From Longimicrobiales bacterium (GTDB lineage: Bacteria > Gemmatimonadota > Gemmatimonadetes > Longimicrobiales > Gaopeijiaceae), in the NCBI GenBank assembly GCA_965226375.1, contig CBDDCX010000008.1:1056001-1120000 (forward strand): a stretch of DNA of 64,000 nucleotides, given 5' to 3'. Positions 1 to 9,330 of the stretch are shown one piece after another. The notes under the pieces are model-generated. The model had not been told where the DNA came from. It searched no databases and worked only from the letters and a program-made list of their open reading frames with translations. The position numbers and the translations under genes were made by a program. Numbering within the stretch: the first letter of the stretch is position 1; each line of letters opens with the position of its first letter.

Positions 1-301
1 TTCGATCGCTCAGGCCTGTCCAGGGCATGCCCGTTCCGCGAATGCCTCCCTGCACGACATCAAAGAGTTGCTCGTCGCTGGTCGCGTGGCGGAAGAAGCC
101 GCGCGTCAGGTCCGGCCCCCGGCCGCCTGTGGCGTCTCCGCCGTGACAGAGGGCGCAATTCTTCAGGAAGACCCGCTCCCCCTCTGCGATCTCGGCACTG
201 GTCGGGTTTTCGAGAACCTGGCTCATCACCGGAGGCGCGGTGAGGAGAAGGGGCACCAAAACCCCTGAGATGGCAGCGACACCATACCGGAACCAAGACA
301 T
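1..301 (-). CDS. c-type cytochrome, N-terminal part (runs off window start)
   Basis: Manual translation, not in ORF track: MSWFRYGVAAISGVLVPLLLTAPPVMSQ...GERVFLKNCALCHGGDATGGRGPDL...GTGMP; signal peptide, CxxCH, candidate Met ligand. Confidence 0.85.
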   Translation of the reverse strand, partial: MSWFRYGVAAISGVLVPLLLTAPPVMSQVLENPTSAEIAEGERVFLKNCALCHGGDATGGRGPDLTRGFFRHATSDEQLFDVVQGGIRGTGMPWTGLSDR

Positions 302-450
302 CTCGATTTCCCCGTTTCAAAGATGGAACTCGGATCTATGTCATGTGGGCGGCCTCGGGAGGTCGCCAACCTGTATGTGTCGCGAAGAGGGGGTGCGTTC
401 GAGTCGGGCAAGATAGGATGCTGTGCGCCGCACCGCGAATAAACTGTGGA

Positions 451-1437
451 TCAGAACCGCGTGACCACCAGACGAAACCCGAGAAATGGGCGGCGAGCGC
501 CCGGATCCACTCCGCCACGAGCGGCCGCTCGTACGTTCCTCACTGGATCTCCGAACGAGCCGCCTCGCATGACCCAGAGGGCGTCTGCCCCCAGGTCACC
601 ACGGTGCGTCGGGTCGTAGGGGTAAGGCCGATAAGGGCTACGGGTCAGCTCCCACACGTTGCCGCTCATGTCGGACAGCCCGAACGCACATGTCGAACAG
701 TCGGACGCTCCCACCGGATGGGTACCCACATCACCGAAGTCCACACGGTTCGCCTCCGGCTCGTTTCCCCAAGGGTAGATGCGGCCGTCCGTTCCGCGAG
801 CAGCCTTCTCCCACTCGGCCTCGGTGGGCAAGGTGATACGCCATCCGTCACTCAGTAGCTCGGTCAGCCATACCGGACTTCTGGGAAATTCTCGCAGCAC
901 TCCCTCTAGCCACCGGGAGTAGGCGAGCGCATCCGTCCAGGAAACGGCCACCACCGGATGATCGGGACGGCCCCGAAGTGCTTCACTGTCCACCCCACGT
1001 CCGGTCGCCGCGACGAACGCCCTGAACTGAGCGACGGTGACCTCGTATCGGGCGATCCAGAAGAGGGGAAGATCGACGGTTCCCTGTGCCTGGGTGGGGG
1101 ACCACCGTTCGTTGTCGTAGGCCAGATCGTCCAAGGCCGGATCGCTCCCCATCAGGAACGATCCCGCTGGAATTTCCACGAACCCGAGGTTGTCGTCCGG
1201 AAGGTACCAGACATCCGAGCGAAATCCGGCCAGGTCGGTGCCGCCGCCGGTACCTGTGAGCGCCCGGTCCGCCCCCACCTCGGGCTCTGCGCCGCCCGCG
1301 GGCGGATATGCGATCCACACCACGGTCACCACGGTCAATGTGAGGAGGGCGGCCAGACCTCCAAGCCACGTCGCCCCCTCGGCCGGCCCGCCTCGGGTCG
1401 ATGGATGATCAGCGTCCGACACGGCCGGTCCTATCAA
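451..1437 (-). CDS. Formylglycine-generating enzyme (SUMF1/FGE-sulfatase) family protein, membrane-anchored
   Basis: Motifs FLMGSD, YEVTVAQF, LPTEAEWEKAARG, FGLSDMSGNVWE, RGGSF, GFR; N-terminal TM segment. Confidence 0.88.
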   Translation of the reverse strand: MIGPAVSDADHPSTRGGPAEGATWLGGLAALLTLTVVTVVWIAYPPAGGAEPEVGADRALTGTGGGTDLAGFRSDVWYLPDDNLGFVEIPAGSFLMGSDPALDDLAYDNERWSPTQAQGTVDLPLFWIARYEVTVAQFRAFVAATGRGVDSEALRGRPDHPVVAVSWTDALAYSRWLEGVLREFPRSPVWLTELLSDGWRITLPTEAEWEKAARGTDGRIYPWGNEPEANRVDFGDVGTHPVGASDCSTCAFGLSDMSGNVWELTRSPYRPYPYDPTHRGDLGADALWVMRGGSFGDPVRNVRAAARGGVDPGARRPFLGFRLVVTRF

Positions 1438-1446
1438 GACGATGAT

Positions 1447-3096
1447 TCACGCCGACTTCCGGCCGTTCATTGGGATCGAAAGGGAGAGCCGCTCGCAGGC
1501 GAATGTCCACTGGTGATCGCAGGCCCGGGCATACAGGTCTCTCTCCGGCATGTCAATCAGGTTCAGTCCCCCTTCACGCAAGAGCAGCCTCAAGTCCAGA
1601 GTTCGGGGGACCGCCCGGTCGGGGGTCTCCGGATCCAACAGATTGAGGCAACCCGCCTGGAACCGGGCGTCGCACGCCCTGGTGAAATACGCCCGGGCAA
1701 GCTCCGGGTCGAAATCGGTGATCTCCCCTCGCGAGTAGTGCCTGCCGAGTTCGTTGCACGCCCATCCGGAGTTGTCGCCGCAATATGTCGATTCGACCTG
1801 AAGAAGCCGTTCGCACGCCGTACGGCGGTCCTCCAAGCAGGCCTGCTGCCAGAATGGGACACTGTCTCCCGGATGCCTTCCGTCCGTCTTTCCCAGGACC
1901 GCCATTGCGGCGAAGAACACGATCCAGGCGACCATGTGGGCCGGATTGGTCCGGAGCAGTAACCCATGCGAACGCCAACGACCCCATGCCGGACTCGCCT
2001 GAATCGATCGGACCAGGGCGTCGATTCCTTGAACGCTCAGGTTGAGAAGGGGCACGCACAGGAGTTTGTCGTAGAATGTTGGAGCTCCAGAGGCTCCGAG
2101 TAGCGCGTAGAGAGCGAACACCCCAACTCCATACAAAGCACCGAATAAGGTCTTACCGAGTGATGTTTTAGGTGAGGTGGACGGATCGGTCACGAGAAGG
2201 TGGAGACCGAGAAAAACCGCAGCGGGAATCTCGGAATCGAGAAAATAGGGGACCCCCGTCAGCGCCGAGTATAGGGCACTCAGCCCGAACAGTACGGCCG
2301 CGGCGGAGCCGGCGATGAGCGTGATCGAGAAGAAGTACATGACGATCAGGCCCATCAGGAACAGGAAGAGGTAGATCCACGGCGCGAGGGTCAGGGTCGA
2401 AGCGATGTCCTGGCCCCAGGTCAGTCGGGTGGTATCGGTGGCGATCAACGCGAGCGAGAAGAGCCCCAGTGAGAAGGCGGAGGGGTTAAAGACGTGCACC
2501 TTCCGGCCCTCACGCTTCCACCGCACGAATTCCTTGCCGAGGAAACCGACCGCGATCATCAAGAACTGCAGGTAGAACCAGTCGTCCCTGAACCACAGGA
2601 AGAGGTTGATGCTGAAAATAATCGGGAAGGGGCCGAAGCCGAGGACGTAGTTCTCCCTCCGGGTCCAGGCCAGTAGTACGTCGAATGTGTAGGCGAAGGT
2701 GAGCTGCGCCACCAGCAGCCAGGCGAAATCGTATACGGGCCGCCAGAACCAACCCCAGTACACGAAGACGGCAACCTGTATCAGAGCCTGCAGCCAATGC
2801 TGCGGTCGTATGCGCACGGAAAGGGATCGGCTCGACGTACCCTTCACCTGAAAGAAGAGCGCGAGCTGCCAAATGAAGAGCACGGCGGCCGCCCCCCAGA
2901 ACGACCGGATGAGCACCGGGTTGACCTGTACCCGAGGTAGAAACGAGATTCCGAACAGGCCGACAGTGAGCGCCGCTGGCAGCATGAACGCGTGCAGCCC
3001 CGACGTTGTGGGCGTTTCGTAAGAGGTGCCGTCCGCACCTCGAGATGCCTTTGGTCGGCCCGCTTTGGAAGCGCGACCTTGTCGTGCAGCTAACAT
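1447..3096 (-). CDS. RnfD/NqrB-like polytopic membrane protein with C-terminal Cys-rich Sel1-like repeats
   Basis: FNPSAF and TDPSTSP motifs, many TM helices, WACNELG...YFTRACD...AGCLNL tail; start uncertain. Confidence 0.65.
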   Translation of the reverse strand: MLAARQGRASKAGRPKASRGADGTSYETPTTSGLHAFMLPAALTVGLFGISFLPRVQVNPVLIRSFWGAAAVLFIWQLALFFQVKGTSSRSLSVRIRPQHWLQALIQVAVFVYWGWFWRPVYDFAWLLVAQLTFAYTFDVLLAWTRRENYVLGFGPFPIIFSINLFLWFRDDWFYLQFLMIAVGFLGKEFVRWKREGRKVHVFNPSAFSLGLFSLALIATDTTRLTWGQDIASTLTLAPWIYLFLFLMGLIVMYFFSITLIAGSAAAVLFGLSALYSALTGVPYFLDSEIPAAVFLGLHLLVTDPSTSPKTSLGKTLFGALYGVGVFALYALLGASGAPTFYDKLLCVPLLNLSVQGIDALVRSIQASPAWGRWRSHGLLLRTNPAHMVAWIVFFAAMAVLGKTDGRHPGDSVPFWQQACLEDRRTACERLLQVESTYCGDNSGWACNELGRHYSRGEITDFDPELARAYFTRACDARFQAGCLNLLDPETPDRAVPRTLDLRLLLREGGLNLIDMPERDLYARACDHQWTFACERLSLSIPMNGRKSA

Positions 3097-3356
3097 GAGT
3101 CCTTTCCGGAGACGTGCTTGCTTCTACAGCCTGCGCACGTCTCGTGCAACCCGACCCGACGATATTAGGTAAGGGACGTGGAAGCCTGGTCTCGGGCTGA
3201 GTGTTGAAAGCCGAGGTGTTTCGGATGAGTTTACTACTCGGGACGTCGCCTAGCTCGGGAGGCGCTGGAGTGTACGTCCGGGATGCATAGTGACGAGTGG
3301 CCTGCCACAAACGACACTCCCACGTCAAACATGTTTTTTGGAGAGAAGACGCCCCG

Positions 3357-5555
3357 ATGCTCACACGGCTGCTACTGATCACCATCATCTCGGGCCCGGC
3401 CATGTCTCTCGGCCCGAAGGGCCTCGTAGCGCAGGCGCAAGAGACTGCGACCTCCCGACCCTCGGACTGCGGCGGTCCTTGTATGACGGTCCGGGCGGTA
3501 CGCATCGCTAACGCTCCTACCATCGACGGGGCGATCGACGAGCCTATGTGGCAGCAGATCGAGCCCATCTCTGATTTTCGCCAGCGTGAGCCCGTGGATG
3601 GCGGTGAGCCCTCCGAGCGCACGGAAGTACGGATCGCCTACGATGACGACAACCTCTACTTCGGCCTGAAGCTTTTCGACTCAGAGCCGGACAAGATCAT
3701 CGCTACGGTTCTCGAGAGGGAAGGGAAGGTCCCGTTCGATGACCGGGTCGCCATCGGCCTCGACACGTTCAACGACGACCGCAACGGCTACATGTTCGGG
3801 ATGAACGTGTTCGGGACCCAGGAGGACGGGCAGTTCACCGACGAAGAGATCAACCACGGTGAGGACTGGAAATGGGAGGGTGTCTACCGGAGTGAGGGGC
3901 GGGTCACCGAAGACGGCTGGGAGCTCGAGGTGGCGATTCCGTTCACGACCATCCGTTTTCCGGCGAGCGACCCTCTGGTCATGGGAATGGTGCTCTACCG
4001 GTCGATCCGCCGGAAGAATGAAGAAGTGCTCTGGCCGCACATTCCGCAACGCTATCGTGCAGGATTCTATCAGGCCTCTCAGTGGGCCAATCTGGAAGGT
4101 TTGGAGGATATTCAGCGGGGTCGCAACCTCGAGGTGAAGCCCTTCGCCATCGCCGGTGCTCAGAAGTTCGCCGAGGAGCCGGAGGCCGATGTACTCAGGG
4201 ACCTTGGAGTAGATGTGAAGTACTCCTTGACCTCGAACCTCACGCTCGATCTCACCTGGAATACGGATTTTGCCCAGGTCGAGGCGGACAACGCCCAGGT
4301 CAACCTCACTCGCTTCAGCCTCTTTTTTCCTGAAAAGAGAGAATTTTTTCTGGAGAGAGCGGGGGAGTTCACGTTCGGTGAGCCCCGCTCCACGGAGGCA
4401 TTTTTCAGCCGCAGGATCGGTATCGATAACGACATCATGGGCGGAGGGCGGCTGACGGGTCAGGTGGGACCGTTCTCCATCGGGTTCCTCAGCCTGCAGA
4501 CCCGTGATGGGGAAGATACTCCGGGTGCGAACAACGCGGTCGCTCGGATCCGGGTAAATGTTCTTCCACGAACCACTGTGGGAGGGATTTTCACCAACCT
4601 CCAGAATAGTGTCGGCCATAACCGCGTAGCGGGTGGGGATCTGGCGGTCCGCTTCTGGAATAGCAGCTTTCTCACCGCGTGGGGCGCCAATGTATGGGAC
4701 TCCGATCCCCTCCCCGGGAGCGCGTTCGCGGGAAGCGTGGACTTCGCTCTGGCCAACGACCTTTGGCAGGTCGGGGCGGGCTATCTCGACATCGGAGAAG
4801 GCTACCTGCCGGAGCTCGGGCTGGTTCGGCGAGGAGATCAGGTACGTCGTAAGGCCGACGCGGGCCTGACGCCGCGCTTCGAGGGAAGCACGTGGGCGCG
4901 TCAGTTGTTTCTTACCGGTTCAGCTATGCAGATCGACGGACAAGACGGAAACGAGCAGTCCGCCGAGATCAGAATCGCGACCAGGCTACGTTTTCAGTCG
5001 ACGGACGACCTGACCATCAACGCCACGCGAGAGACGGAGGTGTTGGACGAGCCCTTCTTTATACGGCCCGACGTCGAGATTCCGATCGGCCGATACGAAT
5101 TCGATCGCATCGGCCTCAATCTGCGAACCAACTTCAGCCGTCCGCTCTCCGGGGCTCTCAACCTCTCGACGGGTGACTTCTACAGCGGCGACCGGACGCA
5201 GTTGGGAGGGTCGGTCCAATGGACCACCGGACCGCATCTCACCCTGATCGGGAGCGTGGACCGAAACCGAATTTCGCTTCCCCTGGAGAATGGGGATTTT
5301 ACGACCACGGTGCTGGGCCTCACCGTGAAGGCTGCCGTGAACCGAAAGCTATTCGCGAACGCCCTCATCCAGTACGACGACGTGTCGGAGACGGTTCAGG
5401 CGAACATCCGGGTCGACTGGATCCACACGCCCGGGAGTGACCTCTTTCTGGTGCTCGATACGGGCTACCTGACCGGCGCTCTTTTGGATCCGTACGAGAC
5501 CAGGTGGGCCAGGCGCACGGGAGTGGTGAAGCTCACCTACCTCAAGGCGCTCTGA
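3357..5555 (+). CDS. CBM9-like/DUF5916 domain protein
   Basis: IDGAIDEPMW, RTEVRIAYDDDNLY, NTDFAQVEAD, LFFPEKREFFLE; start moved to ATG 3357, which precedes a signal peptide. Confidence 0.8.
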   Translation: MLTRLLLITIISGPAMSLGPKGLVAQAQETATSRPSDCGGPCMTVRAVRIANAPTIDGAIDEPMWQQIEPISDFRQREPVDGGEPSERTEVRIAYDDDNLYFGLKLFDSEPDKIIATVLEREGKVPFDDRVAIGLDTFNDDRNGYMFGMNVFGTQEDGQFTDEEINHGEDWKWEGVYRSEGRVTEDGWELEVAIPFTTIRFPASDPLVMGMVLYRSIRRKNEEVLWPHIPQRYRAGFYQASQWANLEGLEDIQRGRNLEVKPFAIAGAQKFAEEPEADVLRDLGVDVKYSLTSNLTLDLTWNTDFAQVEADNAQVNLTRFSLFFPEKREFFLERAGEFTFGEPRSTEAFFSRRIGIDNDIMGGGRLTGQVGPFSIGFLSLQTRDGEDTPGANNAVARIRVNVLPRTTVGGIFTNLQNSVGHNRVAGGDLAVRFWNSSFLTAWGANVWDSDPLPGSAFAGSVDFALANDLWQVGAGYLDIGEGYLPELGLVRRGDQVRRKADAGLTPRFEGSTWARQLFLTGSAMQIDGQDGNEQSAEIRIATRLRFQSTDDLTINATRETEVLDEPFFIRPDVEIPIGRYEFDRIGLNLRTNFSRPLSGALNLSTGDFYSGDRTQLGGSVQWTTGPHLTLIGSVDRNRISLPLENGDFTTTVLGLTVKAAVNRKLFANALIQYDDVSETVQANIRVDWIHTPGSDLFLVLDTGYLTGALLDPYETRWARRTGVVKLTYLKAL

Positions 5556-5710
5556 GGGAGCAAGGCCGCGATCGAGCCTGCTTTCATGATCTCTCTCTAC
5601 TCGGGTCGACTGGGCCAACCGGGGTCGGCCCTCCCGCTCGCGCCTTCCCTGACGGTGTCATAACCTACAACCCCCGCCACAGATCCGCGGCCCCCGAATC
5701 AGGAAAACAG

Positions 5711-6769
5711 ATGCGCGTTACGAACGTGGTCCATGCCGTCGATACTCACGCGTGTGGTGAGCCGGGTAGGGTGATCGTCGGGGGTGTTCTCGACGTACCC
5801 GGGGCGACCATGTTCGAGAAAATGTTGTACCTCAAGAACGAGGCCGATGACTTGCGGCTCCGTATGCTGAGGGAGCCCCGAGGTTACCCCGCCGCCAACT
5901 GCAACCTGATCCTGCCTCCGACTCGTCCGGAAGCCGACGCCGGCTACGTGATCATGGAACAGGTAGAATACCCGGGCATGTCTGGTACCAACACGATTGC
6001 GGTGACTACGGTACTGATCGAGACCGGCATGGTGGCGGTCCAAGAGCCGGTCACCCAACTCGTGCTCGAATCACCGGCCGGGCTTATCGGGGTGCACGCC
6101 GAGGTGCACAACGGCAAGGTCCGGTCGGTCACGTTCGAAAACGTGCCGGCGTTCGCCGTACATCTCGATGCCACGGTAGAGGTCCCGGAGCTCGGCAGCG
6201 TAACTGTGGACGTGGCCTACGGTGGCATGTTTTACGTCATTGCCGATGCGGAGCCCTTGGGGCTTGCGTTGACCCCGGACGAGGCCGGCGATGCGGTAAG
6301 GGTCGGCGAGATGATCAAGGCCGCCACCCAGGAGCAGATCGACTGTGTCCACCCGGACAACCCCGAGATTCGGGGGGTGACCATCGCCCAACTGTCGGCC
6401 CCGGCCATCGGTCCGGATGCCGACCGAAGGAACACGGTGATCGTCTCCACGGGCAGCCTCGATTGGAATCGACCCTCCACCTGGAAGGGCGTTCTCGACC
6501 GTTCGCCCTGCGGCACGGGCACGTGTGCCAAGATGGCTGCGTTACACGCGAAAGGTCAGCTTCCGCTCGATCAGGATTTCCGACACGAGGGCATTCTCGG
6601 CACTATCTTCACGGGCCGTCTGCTCTCGGAGACCACCGTCGGGGAGTACCGTGCCGTGGTTCCGACCCTGACCGGGACCGCGTGGATCACCGGCTTTGCG
6701 CAGTACGTGGTGGATCCGGACGACCCGTTTCCTAACGGCTTCACCGTCGGGGATATCTGGAGCTCCTAG
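5711..6769 (+). CDS. Proline racemase family protein (Ser/Cys dyad)
   Basis: VDTHACGEPGR, MSGTN, DVAYGG, DRSPCGTGT; AGGA SD before ATG 5711. Confidence 0.9.
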   Translation: MRVTNVVHAVDTHACGEPGRVIVGGVLDVPGATMFEKMLYLKNEADDLRLRMLREPRGYPAANCNLILPPTRPEADAGYVIMEQVEYPGMSGTNTIAVTTVLIETGMVAVQEPVTQLVLESPAGLIGVHAEVHNGKVRSVTFENVPAFAVHLDATVEVPELGSVTVDVAYGGMFYVIADAEPLGLALTPDEAGDAVRVGEMIKAATQEQIDCVHPDNPEIRGVTIAQLSAPAIGPDADRRNTVIVSTGSLDWNRPSTWKGVLDRSPCGTGTCAKMAALHAKGQLPLDQDFRHEGILGTIFTGRLLSETTVGEYRAVVPTLTGTAWITGFAQYVVDPDDPFPNGFTVGDIWSS

Positions 6770-6812
6770 CGGACTGACAGAGACTGGCCGCGCCACGTAG
6801 GGTCGCTTCCCG

Positions 6813-7574
6813 TCAGAGAATCGTGTTGACCAGGATCGCTCCTTGCCCATTTCCGGCGCCCCAGCGCGCAACCGCTTCGGCAGGGCCGAAGAACCGAATC
6901 GTCTCGACGTTGCGTGCGTTGATCTCCATCAGGGTCGCTGGACCGCCGAGTCGATGCCCATCCAGGTACACCTTCATTTCATCCACCGCAATCGGCTCAC
7001 AGACGGGATTGTCCGCCGTGCAGGTGACGTCGGCTATCAGAGCTCGCCTTCGGCTCGAGAGCCAATTCGGTCGCAGAAGTCGGACTACCTCATAGGCGGT
7101 ATTCGCTGCGGCTTCGGCGACCTCTCGAGCCGTGATGATGGTCCGGGGATTGGAACCGAGCGTGGGTTGTGGCGCGGTACCCCGACCGAAGAACGGAAAC
7201 GAGAAACCCGCCGCGAGACCGATGGATCCTCCCACGACCGCCCAATCCTGTCGATGCTGGCTGATCTCCCCTTCCTCCCAATCGCCACTGGCAATCTGTG
7301 AAGCGAAGTAGCCGATACTGGCACCCAAGGCAGCCCCTCCGAGTGCATTCCAGATGCGCGATCGCCATGAAGGGCCACCCGTCGAAACCTGATCCGACGG
7401 TGAAAGGGGGAGAAGCTGACGCGCCATCGGCGTGTCAGTAGCCACCGACGCTTGAGCGGAGATCTCCCGGACGGCGACACCCGCAAACAGAATCGATGCG
7501 AGCAAGAGGCCGGACGAAAGGCGCGCCGCGGCGACCCGATGCGGGCATGTTAGGGGCGCAGGGGTTGTTCGCAC
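6813..7574 (-). CDS. Secreted/membrane protein with C-terminal TonB-plug-like domain
   Basis: IITAREV...TAYEVVRLLRPNWL...VYLDG...VETIRFFGPAEAVARWG...GAILVNT; GTG 7574 start inferred. Confidence 0.6.
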   Translation of the reverse strand: MRTTPAPLTCPHRVAAARLSSGLLLASILFAGVAVREISAQASVATDTPMARQLLPLSPSDQVSTGGPSWRSRIWNALGGAALGASIGYFASQIASGDWEEGEISQHRQDWAVVGGSIGLAAGFSFPFFGRGTAPQPTLGSNPRTIITAREVAEAAANTAYEVVRLLRPNWLSSRRRALIADVTCTADNPVCEPIAVDEMKVYLDGHRLGGPATLMEINARNVETIRFFGPAEAVARWGAGNGQGAILVNTIL

Positions 7575-7575
7575 T

Positions 7576-7590
7576 CTAGTGTCCTGTCCC
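7576..7590. repeat. Terminal remnant of CTAG hairpin repeat family
   Basis: CTAGTGTCCTGTCCC resembles CTAGTGTCCCATCCC at 41089. Confidence 0.55.
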
Positions 7591-7764
7591 GTTGCCAGAC
7601 GGGGATCGGAGCGGTTCGTCAGGGCCCATAAACTGCGGCACTTCACATCCGCCGACCGCCAGCACGACGGACAAAGTGAGAAAAATCAGCCGGTCACGCG
7701 GTCCTCTGCCGCGCCGTGTCAGGGCCACAGGCCAGGAATTGGCTGAAGGCGACGTATTGGGCAT
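7576..7764 (-). pseudogene. Short or truncated lipoprotein-like ORF
   Basis: Hydrophobic stretch with lipobox-like LAVGGC; ends at the TAG within the repeat end. Confidence 0.35.
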
Positions 7765-7978
7765 CGACGGGCTCCTTGAGGGCGTGTTTCCAATATATCT
7801 CGGCCCGGCGTCACGATCACCTTCTTACCACGGTCAGGGAGAGGCGCTCACTACCGGGTTTCGCCGCTCGGGACCTTGCCTGACCTGTTGCGGTGACCTT
7901 TCTTGGCCCGAACCATGGTCGCTTCACATTCCGGGTTCTCAGGGGGTAGGATCGATGCTCGAGGCCAAGTCCGGCATC

Positions 7979-9289
7979 ATGAGCGAGCAGGCGGTGGAGT
8001 ACCTCGAGGCAGTCGCACAGAAGACCTCCGCCATGTCGCCCGCTTCGCTCGCAACCCAAATCACGTCCCTGACCACCCGGCACGATGAGTGGCGAGCCAC
8101 CGAGTGCCTGAATCTCAATCCGGCTGAAACCCTCATTTCGAGAAGTGCGCGTCGCCTACTCGATTCGGACCTGGCCACTCGCGTCACCGAAGGATATCCG
8201 GGAGACAAGTATTACCCCCACGGACGACAGAACGACTTCATCGATGAAATCGAAGGCGTCCTGATAACAACGGCCAATGATCTCTTTCAGGCGGACTACG
8301 TGGAGTGGAGGCCGGTTAGCACGTCCATGGCCAACGCCACCGTCTACTTCGCTCTCCTGGAGCAGGGTGACGTCATCGTCGCCCACGATGCGGATCACGG
8401 CGGAAACGACAGCTACAACATGGAGGGACCGCCCCACCTGGCTCGCCTGCGAGTTAGCGCGCTCCCACAGTTGGACAGCTTCAAGATCGACGTGGACGCA
8501 CTGAGGGAAGTCGCTCTGGCCCAACGTCCAAGGCTCATCGTAGTGGGAGCGAGCAACGTCCTCTTCCCGTACCCACTGGAGGCGATTCGGGAGATCGCGG
8601 ACTCGATCGGTGCCTTGGTTCTCTACGATGCGGCCCACCTCGGACTCCTGGTTGCGACCAAAGAGTTCCAGGATCCGCTTCGCGAAGGGGCGCACATCGT
8701 GACGGTGAGCACGCACAAGAACCTGTGCGGGCCGGTCGGCGGGATGATCCTGACGAACGAGGCGGAATTGGCCGAAAAAATGATGGCCCTTCAGTACCCG
8801 ACCTTCGTACAGACTCGGGACATGAACAAATACGCGGCGGCCGCGGTCGCCTTCCTGGAAATGAAGGTGTTCGGTGCCGAGTACGGCCGCCAGATGATCT
8901 CCAACGCCCAGGCCTTGGGAGAGGCACTGAGTGACGAGGGATTCGCCCTCCACGGCTCGGACGAGGGCTACACCCGCACGCATCAGCTCATGGTGGACCT
9001 TCGCGAGGCAGACCCGGCTTCGTTCGAACACCGTCTGTTGGAGAGCAATATCCTGCTGACGCTGACCCACGTGCTAGGCGATGAAACCCGAGGCTTTCGC
9101 ACCGCATCACGTATCGCTACGCACGAGGTCACGCGTCAGGGGATGAAGGAATCGGACATGAAGCAGGTGGCCCACCTGATGCGGATAGCCAGCGATGGAG
9201 CTCCGTCACAACAGGTTCGGGATGAGATCAAAGGCCTGCTGACGTCGTTTCAGGTGCTGCACTACAGCTTCGACGGGACCGGCCTCTAG
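7979..9289 (+). CDS. Serine hydroxymethyltransferase-like PLP enzyme (divergent)
   Basis: EGYPGDKYY, YDAAH, STHKNLCGPVGG (PLP Lys), RIATHEVTRQGMKE; start 7955 or 7979. Confidence 0.85.
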   Translation: MSEQAVEYLEAVAQKTSAMSPASLATQITSLTTRHDEWRATECLNLNPAETLISRSARRLLDSDLATRVTEGYPGDKYYPHGRQNDFIDEIEGVLITTANDLFQADYVEWRPVSTSMANATVYFALLEQGDVIVAHDADHGGNDSYNMEGPPHLARLRVSALPQLDSFKIDVDALREVALAQRPRLIVVGASNVLFPYPLEAIREIADSIGALVLYDAAHLGLLVATKEFQDPLREGAHIVTVSTHKNLCGPVGGMILTNEAELAEKMMALQYPTFVQTRDMNKYAAAAVAFLEMKVFGAEYGRQMISNAQALGEALSDEGFALHGSDEGYTRTHQLMVDLREADPASFEHRLLESNILLTLTHVLGDETRGFRTASRIATHEVTRQGMKESDMKQVAHLMRIASDGAPSQQVRDEIKGLLTSFQVLHYSFDGTGL

Positions 9290-9303
9290 TGACAGGGCAC
9301 TAG
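9286..9303. repeat. Collapsed copy of CTAG hairpin repeat
   Basis: CTAGTGACAGGGCACTAG reads as a left end joined to a right end. Confidence 0.5.
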
Positions 9304-9330
9304 GCCTCCGAACACCATAAGGAGCACACT

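Noticed and set aside
3097..3356. ncRNA in the divergent intergenic region
   Set aside because: No convincing stem set or known motif
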